Positions 20,223-32,300 of a stretch of DNA of 64,000 nucleotides are shown here, piece after piece. How positions within the stretch are numbered: position 1 is the stretch's first letter; each line of letters begins with the position of its first letter. Where the stretch lies: contig NC_090345.1 in NCBI RefSeq assembly GCF_035084215.1, positions 14,322,001 through 14,386,000 on the forward strand. The letters run 5' to 3'. The position numbers and the translations under genes were made by a program. The notes beneath the pieces are model-generated. The model worked only from the letters and a program-made list of their open reading frames with translations. It was not told the DNA's origin and did not search any database. The stretch is from Heptranchias perlo (lineage: Eukaryota).

Positions 20223-22232
20223 ATGTCTTTTTATATGTAAGCTATGCAGCTGAACTTTACATCTACTGTGAATGACTGCCAAAATACTTAAATTATTATT
20301 GTACCTTAAGTTGCAACAGTTGTAATTAAGTAACAAATGTTCACTCTTGGATAATAAAAGCACTTCGGTTGATTTTTTTTCCCCCTGGCTGTTTCATTGT
20401 TCATTGGAAACTATCCCATTTTCCATGCAGGTGCCTGTTCTAGTTCTAATACTTGAATGGGCTGAGTAAGTCAATATATATTCATCTTCGAGTGAGTCCC
20501 ACAGTCAATGCTTTATCAAAAAAAAATGGTTTGATACAATCATGATGAACGACCATTATTTCTGGTGTAAAATATCATTTTATTCATTCAATACTAATAT
20601 AATTGGAAGAACTAAGAGGAGCTAGTGAACCTGATCATACAGACCATTACCAATCTACATACACATTTGAAGCTATACGGTGGCTGAAAGACTGTGGGGC
20701 TAATGATGATCTCCTCAATGTTGCCTACTCCATAACTCCTCTAGAAAGTTACTCTAATCCCAGACAGTGTTCCAAGGGCATGTGATGAATGCTATACATT
20801 CTCCTCACTTATGTTGTGGGGCAGATTCAGAATACCAGCAGCAACACAAGCAACCAGGCATACTGTGTGATCTTGCACATGTACAATTCCTCAAAAGTCC
20901 TAAAGGTTTGGGAGGACGGTCCATCCAGGGATTGTGAAAACTGAATTGCTAACCTGTATGAACAAACTGAGAGCGGCTGCTCACTGCCAGAGCAAAATGG
21001 AAAGATGTGGGGGTAGAGTTTCCACTCCGCCCGAACCAGCGGAAAAGCTCGCGGAAAATCAAGTGCCACTTACGTCAGGCGTAAATTGAGTTTCCGCGAT
21101 CTCTTGCGCTGGGTCAAAAATCATCGCGCCCAAAGCCGGCCCCTCCCACAAAACTGGCCACGTCCCCAGATTGAAATAACAAGGATTGCGAGTTTCCACC
21201 GATTGTGGCCGTTTAAGGAGGGTCTTCAAATTAAGCTCGTTTTCTTAGGCACACAGGCACTAGTTGACTAGTGTTTTAAACGTTTTTACATGTTAAAAAA
21301 TATTTAATTTACTAAGAAACTAACTGGTGTACACCAATCAAAGTAATAAATGGTTCAGTATAGTTTTTCTTTAAGTCATTTTCAGTGATATAAATCAGGT
21401 TACTCACAGGCGGAGGACGGGACACTCTTATTAAAAATGCTTATTTTTTGTGATTAAACCCATTTTCAGCTGTATTAATAAAACCACCAGGTTACCACTC
21501 TTAAATACATCAATGAATATTTTTTATTGCAAAGGGGAAAAATTAACGATTACGCTCTATTAAGCTGCCAGATTGCGCTGCTTCATGGAAGATTTTACTT
21601 TTGTGATTCAAGTGCAAACTTGAACTGTAACCTAATCGACGCAATTTTAGAGTGCAATTTGGATCAATTTTGGATTTTAAATATCTGAATAGAATAGTTT
21701 TTTGTTGTGTGTAACAATATATCAGAAATTTGCATCAAGAATGGGAGTAAGTGCCAGTTATAGTGGAGGTGGATAGGCATCAAAGCACAAGCCTGAAGTC
21801 TACTGTAAAGCAAGACTGTTTCACATTAGCAAACTTGCTTAGCACTCCAAAATTGATTTTTCCTGTATCAATTGATTTATTTTAACACACTTCTATTCAG
21901 TATTGAATATAAAATCACATTTTCTGATAAACACCTCCACTTTAACTACACTTGTGCAAAAATAGTCATACTATTAACTTGAAAATATTCTGTTTTCCGT
22001 TGTTCAGTACCATTTAATTTGGGGCGTGTACACAAAATGTAGTTAAGCACTGTTGTTCATGTGTCTCACTAAATGATAATGTTCAGATGTGAAATGAGCT
22101 CTTCCTCGTCTCTGTCCAGTTAAGCATGACTCTACAATTGAAAAATACCATTTGCTGCCACAAGGATAGGTTTGAGTTCTAACCTGATACAACAAACGGC
22201 CTGTTTCTCAATTTGGGGTTTCGAAAGGCAAC

Positions 22233-24173
22233 GGGCCGGAATTTGCTCTGAGCGGCCAACGACCGGCATCCGCTGCTCGTTAGACTTGGACTTGCCTGTA
22301 GACTTTTCATGGGCTTTTCCTCAGACCCTCAGTCCAGTGCGGCGCCCTCTCCTGGGCATCTGTGACCTGTGTGAACGGGGCAAGCTGCTGTGTATCCCCT
22401 TAACCAATCAGATTGAAGCATGTTAATAAGCGGCACAGACACAGAACCAGGATGTGTAAGTTGGAATAGTGAATACAATGTCAAATCAGTTACAGAAAGT
22501 GAAATAGAGAGAGAGGGTAAGAAATATTGAATTAAAAGACAGATAAAAGAGACAAAAGAAACAGTGAAAAAATAAAAATATTTAAAAACATTTTTTTACA
22601 TGTCCAACAACAATTAAAATGTGAAGGAATGAGACTCCACACTTGTAAAAGTGAATTTTCAGTGCCCGAGAGGTTGTTTGGCAGTCATTAAGTTACAAAT
22701 CTCCAGAGAAAGGGGGGAAAGGCGTGCCCAAAGTAGCCCTCATCCTGATGGCCACCTTTGTGTGTGGCTGCATCAAGCTGTGCGTATTCATACAATACCT
22801 CGGTACGCAAACACAAAGTGTCACTACGTGCTGAGGTTCTACCTGTCCCCCTTGTTGCGAAAGATGGGCTGGCCACGCTGCCATGGAACGCTCCATCCAG
22901 TTGGACCGTTCCGCCCCACCTGTCCGTGGAAAAGTTTGTGCAGAAAAACACCTTTGACCACAAGGCGATCAGCAAGTGGTCCGCACTTAATGTCCTCGAG
23001 ACCCTGCGGGTAAAGGAGATGGTGGATCCTGTCAGTTGTTTCCCTGAGCAGACTGTCAACATCATTTGGCAGAATGCCTCATTGCCAGAGCTATCAAACA
23101 AGCATCAAGACCTAGCTTGGCTGGTGGTGAGAAGGGCCCTTCCCGTCAGATCCTTCATGCATTCCTGGAGTCTCAGTGCCACCGCACGCTGTCCCCGAGG
23201 AGGTTGTGGTGGAGACGAGACCGTCACCCATCTCCTTCTGGAATGTGCCTTTGCAAAGAAGGTCTGGAGAGAGTGGTATCTGTCCAGGTTCATCCCGAGC
23301 AGTTCCGTAACACAGGACTCTGTGCTCTACGGGCTGTTCCCGTGGACGCACACTGAGACGGACATCAACTGCTGCTGGAAGACCATCACCTCGGTGAAAG
23401 ACGCCCTTTGGTCTGCCCGAAACCTGCTGGTCTTCCAGTGCAAGGAGCTGTCCTCGACCGAGTGTTGCAGACTGGAACATTCCAAGGTCCAGGACTACGT
23501 GCTCAGGGATGCACTGAAGCTGGGTGCGGCCACCGCAAAGGCTCTGTGGGGAAAGGCAACCATTTAGAGCCTTCCTGCCATTGTATACTGAGGGGCTGGA
23601 ATCAGGGAAAAATCCCCTCGGGCAGAATGTAAAATTCAAATTGATGTAATGTACCTGTAATGAATCTGTAATCAATAATCTGTATTGAGTGTAATGCAAT
23701 GAGGCATCCGAGAGTGTCATGAACTGTAATTATGTGCAATGTGTTCATTGAACTGCACTTGATGTAACCTGCAAATTGTATAATCTGTATTGTACATTTG
23801 GAATGTGATATGACAACTGTATTGTATGAATTGCTGCAAATTTTATGAATAAAGTATATTTTTTGGGAAAAAAAGTGTTTAAAATTTTGGTTAGACTAAA
23901 AAACTTGACGTATCTTTTTCTGTCGCGATTGCATCATTTCCATCAGGGGAGAAGAGGTACTTTGTGCTGTTGCAGTCATTTCAACGTTGAGTCAGCCGAT
24001 GAGATTTCCTTCCTGCAAAGCTTCTGGAGGAGCAGGGCATCTGGTAGAGGAACTTCCGGATTTCTGCATTTAACTGCGCAATGTGTGGTCATCAGAAGTT
24101 CCTCTACCATTTGCACTGAAATCACGGTGAGCACTGTTAGGCTCGCCTTTATTTTTAGAGCAAAATCTGGCCC
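22233..24173. mobile_element. TIR non-autonomous DNA transposon (about 760 bp) split by a Tx1 insertion; relatives at 40320-41100 and 56760-57420
   Basis: Left GGGCCGGAATTTGCTCT versus reverse complement of the right end GGGCCAGATTTTGCTCT; body (aatgagactccaca...cattaag) shared with 57050-57150. Confidence 0.75.
22697..23874 (+). mobile_element. L1/Tx1-clade LINE 3' fragment (ORF2 C-terminal zf-RVT region)
   Basis: ORF 22758-23567 with WLVVRRALPVR and CPRGGCGGDETVTHLLLEC; TGTAA-rich 3' UTR, AATAAA and short A tail. Confidence 0.9.
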
Positions 24174-25952
24174 AGTAAATGCATTAGGTTGGAAGGGGCC
24201 TAAACTGCGTCTGGATGGGATTGTTCACAGTCTGAGTACGCATAGCATTTAGCCCTTGAGTACTGAGTCTGCTGACAGTAGGCTTTATGATAACGTATAC
24301 AACTAGCATATGAATGCAGTTGGCAGGCAACCTCCTAACCCGAGTAAGCATCATTACGGCAGTGCTCCCTTGGTTAGATTTAGAGTTTCCTGTAGTTTTA
24401 CCACCAATCCCCTGTACATTTCCTACATAAGCCAAGACATTAAAACATTAATGTTAAAAATTGTTGCTTAAGCTTTTAATGTTTTTGAAGCATTTTCATT
24501 GTTTTGCTTTTCTTTCCACATGCTGCAATGTTTCTTAATATCTTTGCTTTCTTTTGTTGTTTGTTTTATTAATCGTTTTGCTTTTTTAAAAAAGTTTACT
24601 GGTGATAAAATATCCACATAGTATGCTCCACATAGCAATGATGGTTGCATTTATTTCAACCGAATACATTTCAGACACAGCTCTCCCAATGGTTGTCAGT
24701 AAACTCGGTAGTCCAGTGTCAAAGTGAGCCATTAGACCAGGGAGGTCCCAGGTTCTGTTCCTCTGTATTTTCCACAAACGGCCTCAGCAATTGATTCCCA
24801 CCTAGTGACTTCTGAGAAGTGCAAGTGTGAAGACAGTATCAAACTTGACTATCACTCCCACATGGTGAAAGAACCTGCCAATATTCACGCCCAGGTAGAC
24901 AGGTAAAGAATGGCCACTTGGACATGGTACTGATGTGTAACTGGCGCCTGTGGAATTTTCCTTCAGCAAAGCAGGAGTGAAAATTGGGCTGGAAATATAA
25001 AAATACAATCTCAGAAAACAAAGCAGAGTATCGCTTTAAGAAAACTATTCGTTTTAGCTCACACAAATACATGCTATTTCATTTAAAAGCCGATGTGGAA
25101 CAGCCTGTACCAGTCGATGGAAACAATTAGTAACATTGAAGGATTATATTACAATAAACTATTTCACGCATTTGCTCTAATTTCTCTGCAAAATGACGTG
25201 AGGTGACTGAGGTTTCTTCTGCCGAGAACTCTGTATTTGCTTTTCCGCATGTAATTCAAAATTAACTTTAATTGTGATTCGATGTGGAAAGCTATTTAAA
25301 AAAAAAATAGAATCCTACAACTTAGAATAAAGTAAGAATTAGCATAACCTTGCAGTCTTTCAGAAAATGTTAGATTTTTTTAAAATGGCTGACCAGATGG
25401 AAAAACAGGGTCCCTGTTTTAGATGTCACTGTGCCAGTAATATACTATAACGATTGAGGCTCTTAACACAAGGTTGAGTACATGCATGATTGTCCAAAAC
25501 CAATAAAATTGCTTAAAACAAATGGGACTATCATTTTATAGACCAACAGTCAAATCACGGTATGCCATACAATGAAACCATTCCTCTTATGTAAACTGCA
25601 GCCCAGTAGTAGTAGTATTCACATTCACATATTTTGAACCCTTAAAAAATAATACAGCTTCCTCCAGCTGCACCACACTAACCTGCTGCAAAACCTCCTG
25701 TGTTGGACAGGCTTAAAAAAGTCCACCTTAATATAACTTGGAATTGCATTTAAAGGTGTTAAATTACAGAATAGACCATCCACTAGCCTGTTGAATATTG
25801 TAGCAATTTTAGGAAGTGAATAGATTCCAAATCAACAGCAGATCACAAGCTTTGTGTCAAGGCTGGAGGGAGACAAAATGTTCTGAATGGGTGCTGTATA
25901 TGTAGCTTAATAGGATGAGCCTTTGCTCAGTCCCACTTTCTTGTGAGTTCTA

Positions 25953-26514
25953 GGGCTCGATTTTAACTCCACCTCCAACACTGGTGGAAACCAGGCCAGA
26001 GGGGTAGTTAAATGGAGCGGGGGACTTGCACTTCTTTCCTGCCCCGATCTGCCTGACTGCAATTGTAAATTGCAGGCAGCAGTTGAAGTCGGCGGGGTCC
26101 TCTTTAAATATGCAGATAATTATAGTTATCCGATGACATCATCGGGGCCTGATTTGCCATTTTAACCTGAGGTCTGAGCCGGCATCAGTGATGGCTTCCC
26201 CACCAGGCATTACCTTCTGGAAACAGCCGCTAAGGCCAGAAGAGCACAGTAAGTTTTTTTTTAGTTTCCTTGTGGGTCAAGAGTGCTCCTTGGGCCATCA
26301 TGTCCTGGGCTTCTTCTCCCACTAGGATTCCCCTCCCAGAGCATTCCCCGGCAATGTACTCCTGCCACCCGATTTTAACGGCCGGGCAGCTGCTTCCTGC
26401 TGACCGGAAGTTGGCACACAGTATACTAATCAGGCCTGGCTGTTAAAATCGGCCGAGCCTGTCTTCTGCTGCTCACTTTGCCACGATCACGCCCAGAAGT
26501 TAAAATTGAGTCCC
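25953..26514. mobile_element. MITE with imperfect TIRs of about 16 bp
   Basis: ctaGGGCTCGATTTTAACT ... AGTTAAAATTGAGTCCCtag. Confidence 0.7.
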
Positions 26515-26669
26515 TAGTTTCCAAAAAGGATGTCAATTATTTGTCAAAGGAGGTTGTCCAGTTAATGTTGAGCGATCTGTTCCATGTGTCTCAACTCAAT
26601 GTTGTAAAATCTAAATGGATTGGAAACCTATCTCCTCCCCAAAGAAAAACAAAACTGTAATCTTCAAGA

Positions 26670-26792
26670 TGTGGAGATGCCGGTGATGGACTGGGGTGGA
26701 CAAATGTAAGGAATCTTACAACACCAAGTTATAGTCCAACAGTCAAATAAAACTGTTGGACTATAACCTGATGTTGTAAGATTCCTTACATT
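26670..26792. mobile_element. Short Penelope-like fold-back element (same family as 1300-1518), hammerhead deleted
   Basis: 44-bp inverted arms at 26700-26743 and 26752-26795 (2 mismatches); direct repeat TGTAATCTTCAAGA at 26656-26669 and 26793-26806. Confidence 0.85.
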
Positions 26793-28387
26793 TGTAATCT
26801 TCAAGAATTTGATCTTGTGGTACTACAGATGTAACTCTTTATTTTTCAGTGCAGTTATGCACAGCAGATTATTATTACCGGTACCATTTATAGATATTAC
26901 AAACAGCAGAGTAATTATGGTCTATCTTCATTAATCTGGCCAAAACTGTCACCACAAAATGTGTCATTATTAAAGTGTGTTATTGTGGATGTTTATATAG
27001 ATTTGCTATCATACATCCCCACATATCATTCCCATCTATTGCCTTTTACAAGTTGATCACGACCCACGCATAATTAGTTCTTTTTGGAGTTTGTATATAT
27101 TGAATAACACTTAGGATCTATTTTCAGGGTCAGTGAATTATGTGGATAGATTTAACTTTTGGCTTCCTTGTTAAATTGTTAGATGCAAACCCTGAGGTCA
27201 TCATTTTTTTAAAACAAAAAGTAATCAAAGCCAAAAGGCTCATTACTCTCATCGAGGATTAATCAAATTAAACCGTAGAGATAGTGTTTCAATTTTAAAA
27301 ATACAATTAGAGTTGTCAGAGTGTTATGGTGGTTGGCACACTGTTCTTTCATCTCTTGGGTCTAAATTTGGATCTAGCCCAGACAAATGTGATGAAAGTC
27401 TATCTCTGTAAGTGTAAGGACTCTATCTAAGGGCTGTAGTGTCAGCCTGGCAGTGGCAACACTCTCGCCTCTGAGGCTGGGGCTCAGCCACGTTTCTGGA
27501 CAGAGTAAGAACATAAATCACAGAATAAATTTGCCATATGCTCCTGTTACATAGAATCTACTTTTATCATGGACTTGATTTATCATGGACCCATTTAAGC
27601 TGCTGAGAGGATATTTTGAATACTCTCCAATCTCCAAAACTAGTCAAACAAAACTCTCAAGATGTTTATCCATTCCCACGTCTAAGTTATTCAACAGCAT
27701 CTTGCTGCCCTCCGCAGCCAACATGCTAATGAGCCCCACTGGCAAAGAAACTACTCCCATGTAGAAGCTGGTCGTCTCAATATAAAACAATAGGCTTTAT
27801 TCGATTGTGGATTCAAAACCAGTAAAAAGGATTTGGCTCATCATCTTTCACCTTGATGAGCACAGACGTCATCCCTAATCATTTTTAAACAATTACAATC
27901 AACTGGAGCTGAAGAAGAGATGGGGCTGTGTGTCTGATCGGTGGTAGAACTGCAACACAAGCTTGGGAATAGAGCGCAAACAGGCCCAAGAATGGTTCAG
28001 AACTCCTACATCAGAGTGCGGTGAATAGAGCTACACGTTTGTGCAGGTAATTTCTTTACCGTTTTATTCCAAGGAGCATATAATAATTAATTCACCTCAG
28101 AATTCATTACATTTAAAGCAACACCATTAGAAAAGCTTACTTATCAGTCTGAGCCTGGGAGTGCAGCTCAAAATTTATTTTCCTGCAATGTGATTGGGCA
28201 GAAAAATTGGCATGGGGAGGAGGGGTGGACGGTAGAAAGAAATGTTTTGTAGAAAGTGACCAAATAGAAAGAAGAAAACTACAGCTCTAGCCAATGACGA
28301 AGGTGAAAAGACCAGGAAATCATCAGAAAAAAAACTGTCATACACTACAGTCACAATGTTCAATATGAGCACAGAATTTTACATAAG

Positions 28388-28711
28388 TTTTTTTTAATTC
28401 ATTCTTGGAATCTGGGCGTCGCTAGCAAGGCCAGCATTTATTGCCCATCCCTATTTGCCCTTGAGAGAAGGTGGTGGTGGGCCTTCTTCTTGAACTGCTG
28501 CAGTCCGTGTGGTGAAGGTTCTCCCACAGTGCTGTTAGGTAGGGAGTTCCAGGATTTTGACCCAGCGACGATGAAGGAACGACGATATATTTCCAAGTCA
28601 GGACGGTGTGTGACTTGGAGGGGAACTTGGAGGTGATGGTGTTCCCACACACCTGCTGCCCTTGTCTTTCTAGGTGGTGGAGGGCGTGGGTTTGGGAAGT
28701 GCTGTCGAAGA
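28388..28711 (-). mobile_element. 3' end fragment of the LINE family at 62828-64000
   Basis: Near-identical to 62835-63150; encodes SFIVAGSKSWNSLPNS...FKKKAHHHLL. Confidence 0.88.
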
Positions 28712-29159
28712 ACAGTAGACAGATAAATAAACAGATACATAGGTAGGAAGATGAATCCTGTTAACTGTAATTGTTTGGTACACACAATTTTTCAATACCA
28801 TAATTTCAGAGAAGATAAATTTACTATGTCCGTAACAATGTGAAGCATTCCTTAAAACAGATGTTTAAAATTCCAAATATTTGGACTTACATGTACTGCC
28901 CTTAACTAAGAATGCCATGTGAACCTTTAAAATGAATGTCAAATGTACAATCAAGTTTGCACACATTTTACTAATGGGCCATATGAGAATTCCACTCAAC
29001 TTGTATTACTGAGAAGCCAGGAAGTGAAAACCTGCGTGCAAGTTCAATTTCAATCTTTTATTCATTTAACCAATGTAGTTGTTAAGCCAGATACTGTCTC
29101 TCTAATAATTCACCTTGGTCCACTATATCAAAGGTAGCAAAATGTAAACAGTAACTGAG

Positions 29160-29330
29160 TCAGATCTGAAGCATCTTCTCCGCAGCTGCTAAGTGATACA
29201 GGAAGCTCTCGGTTGCTGGTGGGAAGCGGCGTTCCTTCAGAATCTCCAGAGTGATTTTGGATTTCCCCCCCTCATCTGGTGCCAGCGAGGCTAAATTGGT
29301 CAATATTTCTTTTGTTTTTTGTGAAATGTC
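29160..29330 (-). CDS. DENND10: DENND10 exon 9 (coding part to TGA)
   Basis: [13 protein letters not shown]...AAAEKMLQI*; AATAAA on the minus strand at 29057-29062. Confidence 0.95.
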   Translation of the reverse strand, partial: DISQKTKEILTNLASLAPDEGGKSKITLEILKERRFPPATESFLYHLAAAEKMLQI

Positions 29331-32300
29331 CTGAAAAGAACAATGAAACCACAAGTCAACACAAAGGGGAACTAGTCTGAAACTGCAATTTATTATTTTC
29401 ACATTTTGTTTAAAGCTGCATCCTTGGCTCCCCTGATGGCTCTGCGAGTTTGTCTAGTGTGTAACTATTTCACACAAACCAGGTAGGAAGTTTAATCCCC
29501 AATCAGTGCCGAAGTAGCTGGTCTCAACTGGGACAATGGTAGATGTGCTACAATTGCCCTGAATTGTGGAGAGGAACGTCAGCATGGGCTCCTGATCTTG
29601 ACCTCACTACCAAATAACCCCTCCTGGAAGTGCATCTGTGTGGACTTGGGTGAAGACAGAGTTAACATTGGCTGTGATGTCACCCATGCCTGAATAGCCC
29701 GGCAATACTGACCATTAAGGTTCACGTATGAATAATGCCAATTTGGGTGAGGAACAAAGACAAACTGTACCCCAGCATAAGACTCAACGCCTTCAGGAGA
29801 GGAAGGGATGAAAGAAAACTGGTAAGCGAAGAATAAAACTGCAACCTGAAACAAACCAATCGGTTACAAGAATGATGTCTGTGGCCTGGATGGTGCAGCG
29901 GGTCAACACATTTCCTTTTCAACTGCAGGACTTGGATTTGAATCCAGTTTAAAGGATCCTACACGATGGAAGTTGGGCAGTCTCAACCTAGTTCCCAATG
30001 CATTTGAACCCTCCACACAAAACTGGCAAGAATTTGTCGGTCGCACTCGGAGATCAATAAATAATCCAATCTTATATGGATTTGCCAATGTTTTCAGTCA
30101 ATTAATCATAAAGCAAAAACTTCAGATTCTTATTGGAGACTTTATTTGCCTCCAACAGGAATTAAATAAATTGGGAAGAATTTATTCTGGTATAGATTGT
30201 GCTTGTTCCCTCAGAATTTCTTATCTAATTGCAAACTAATTGGATCTTTAACTAAAATAAAATGGTACTTGTGTTACCTCCACTGCAGAGTGTTTTTTTT
30301 TCATCATTTGTTGCCTTGAGGAGGTGATGGTAGAGGGCATGAAGAGTCACATGTAAAGCAGACTAGGTAGGGGTGGCAGGTTTACTTGCCTGAACGCTAT
30401 TAGTAAATCAGTTGGGTTTTTAATGATAATCTGAGAGTTTTCATGGTCATGCTTTCTGGTGCCAGATTTATTGAATTCACCACAACACAACTTGACTTGG
30501 TAGGATTTGAAGTTGACCTTTAGATTGCTAGTCCAATGCCATAACCGCTACACTTGCTGGTATACTACCATTTACTCGACCCCCGCTTTTGTAAGTTATT
30601 TTCTCCTCACCACCTCTGCAAATTTGCTGAGATTGGGAACTTGTCAGAAGGTTTATTTTCCTCCATTCTGTAATGTTAGCAAAAAAGAAGATATGGGTAT
30701 CAAGCAAGGAAGCATTTGTGAACAGTAGGAAAAACACATCTATGTGCAGTTTATTGTTTGTACAGGGCTTAAAGCATAAAATAGGGCTTTGAATAAACAT
30801 ATGAACCAACAAACTACTGCACAGGGTGAATGGAGCAATCATCATATACTCTCCTAAGACGAGGACATAATGACAAATAATCACCTTAATCACTTGACCA
30901 TCTGATTTCTCCGCGTCACCAGCTGACTGGACAATGAGTTGCCCAATATCCTTGTGCAGTTTACCCATTGTCATTGTCTCTATGAGAGAAAGAGTTAAAC
31001 AGTTCCACATATGCCATCAAACAGTAACAATAAAATCGGTAATAATTTTATTCCATATTACCGGATCTCCCTGTTGTGTTGTTCACGACGAGACAGACAA
31101 TTTATAACAATAAGGTTACTGTCAACAAAGTGTGACTCAAGAAGTGCACGCTATACATAAAACTTTTAATATATTAGTTACGTACAGGTATACCTCCTAA
31201 TGCTGTGAACGTCATCACATATTGATGACACTGAACACAAAGCTGCTGCTGCACCAAAAGCTGCTGCAAGTATTAAATGGAACCAAAACTGAAAAATTCC
31301 CTGTTAACAATAACAGTGTTATAACAATGCCCTTTAGAAAAAAACACACTTAAACCTACGTGCTTTAATGTTATACCAACATGCATATTGTATAATATTC
31401 TTAATCTATCAACCTCAAATTGCTCCAACCATTACCAGTGACAGATCTGTAGCCACCAAAACTTCAGAGTGTGATTAATTTTAAATGCTCTGTCCAGAAA
31501 CAATGTGAGCTTGGAAGGACAAACTCTAAAGTTCTACTGCTGCATGAAATCTTAGTGCCAACACTGTACACAATTACAGTGAAACAGTGCACTGAAACAC
31601 TAAAACACCAGTAATACCTTTAGCATGTGTTGCAACATTGATCTCACTTTCTACCAAATTCACAAATACGTCGTAGATGTCTGGGCGGTCAGTCACCTTT
31701 AAGTCTGTGAAACCAGCTACGTAACCTGCGTTTGAAATGAAAACAACTGTTAGAACTGTTTTCAAAGCCTCTGGATGTTTACCCTCTATTATAAAGGAAG
31801 CTACATCAGTGTTTGCTGCTAGATGAGTGGACAGTTGAAAACTCAAAAGCCACATTACACATCCCACACCTTGACAAAGAGATTTTCCAACAGGTTACTG
31901 CAGTTCAAAGTGGAATTAGTTTTTGTATGTAGATTTGGAGATAAAAAAAAACAATATTCCTACCAGTGCAAGTCTTCAAGGCCTCTAGCTCATCCTGATT
32001 TAAATGCACATAAGGATGAAGTATTGACCAATCCTGCCTATGCCAAATTAATGTAGGCAAAGTCCTGGAATACAAATATAAAAATAAAATAAATATATCT
32101 TGCATTTAGCAAATATCTGCCACACTCCTGACATCATACTTTGAAGTGTCAAAATATATTTCTTTTAAAAGAAGAAATAAAACCAGTTATTTCCCTCTGG
32201 TTTTTCTGGCCTCTCTGCAAGGGCAAGGGTAACGGAACTACAAGCAAATGCCAATTTACAGAAAGTTCCCCCAGCTTTTAGCTTCTAGATGACCGCATGA

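Noticed and set aside
20540-20640. ATGATGA...CTGA pair as a C/D snoRNA
   Set aside because: Intergenic, poor terminal stem, no obvious guide sequence
20603-20785. 60-aa ORF with protein-like composition
   Set aside because: Non-ATG start, no recognisable motif and no splice support
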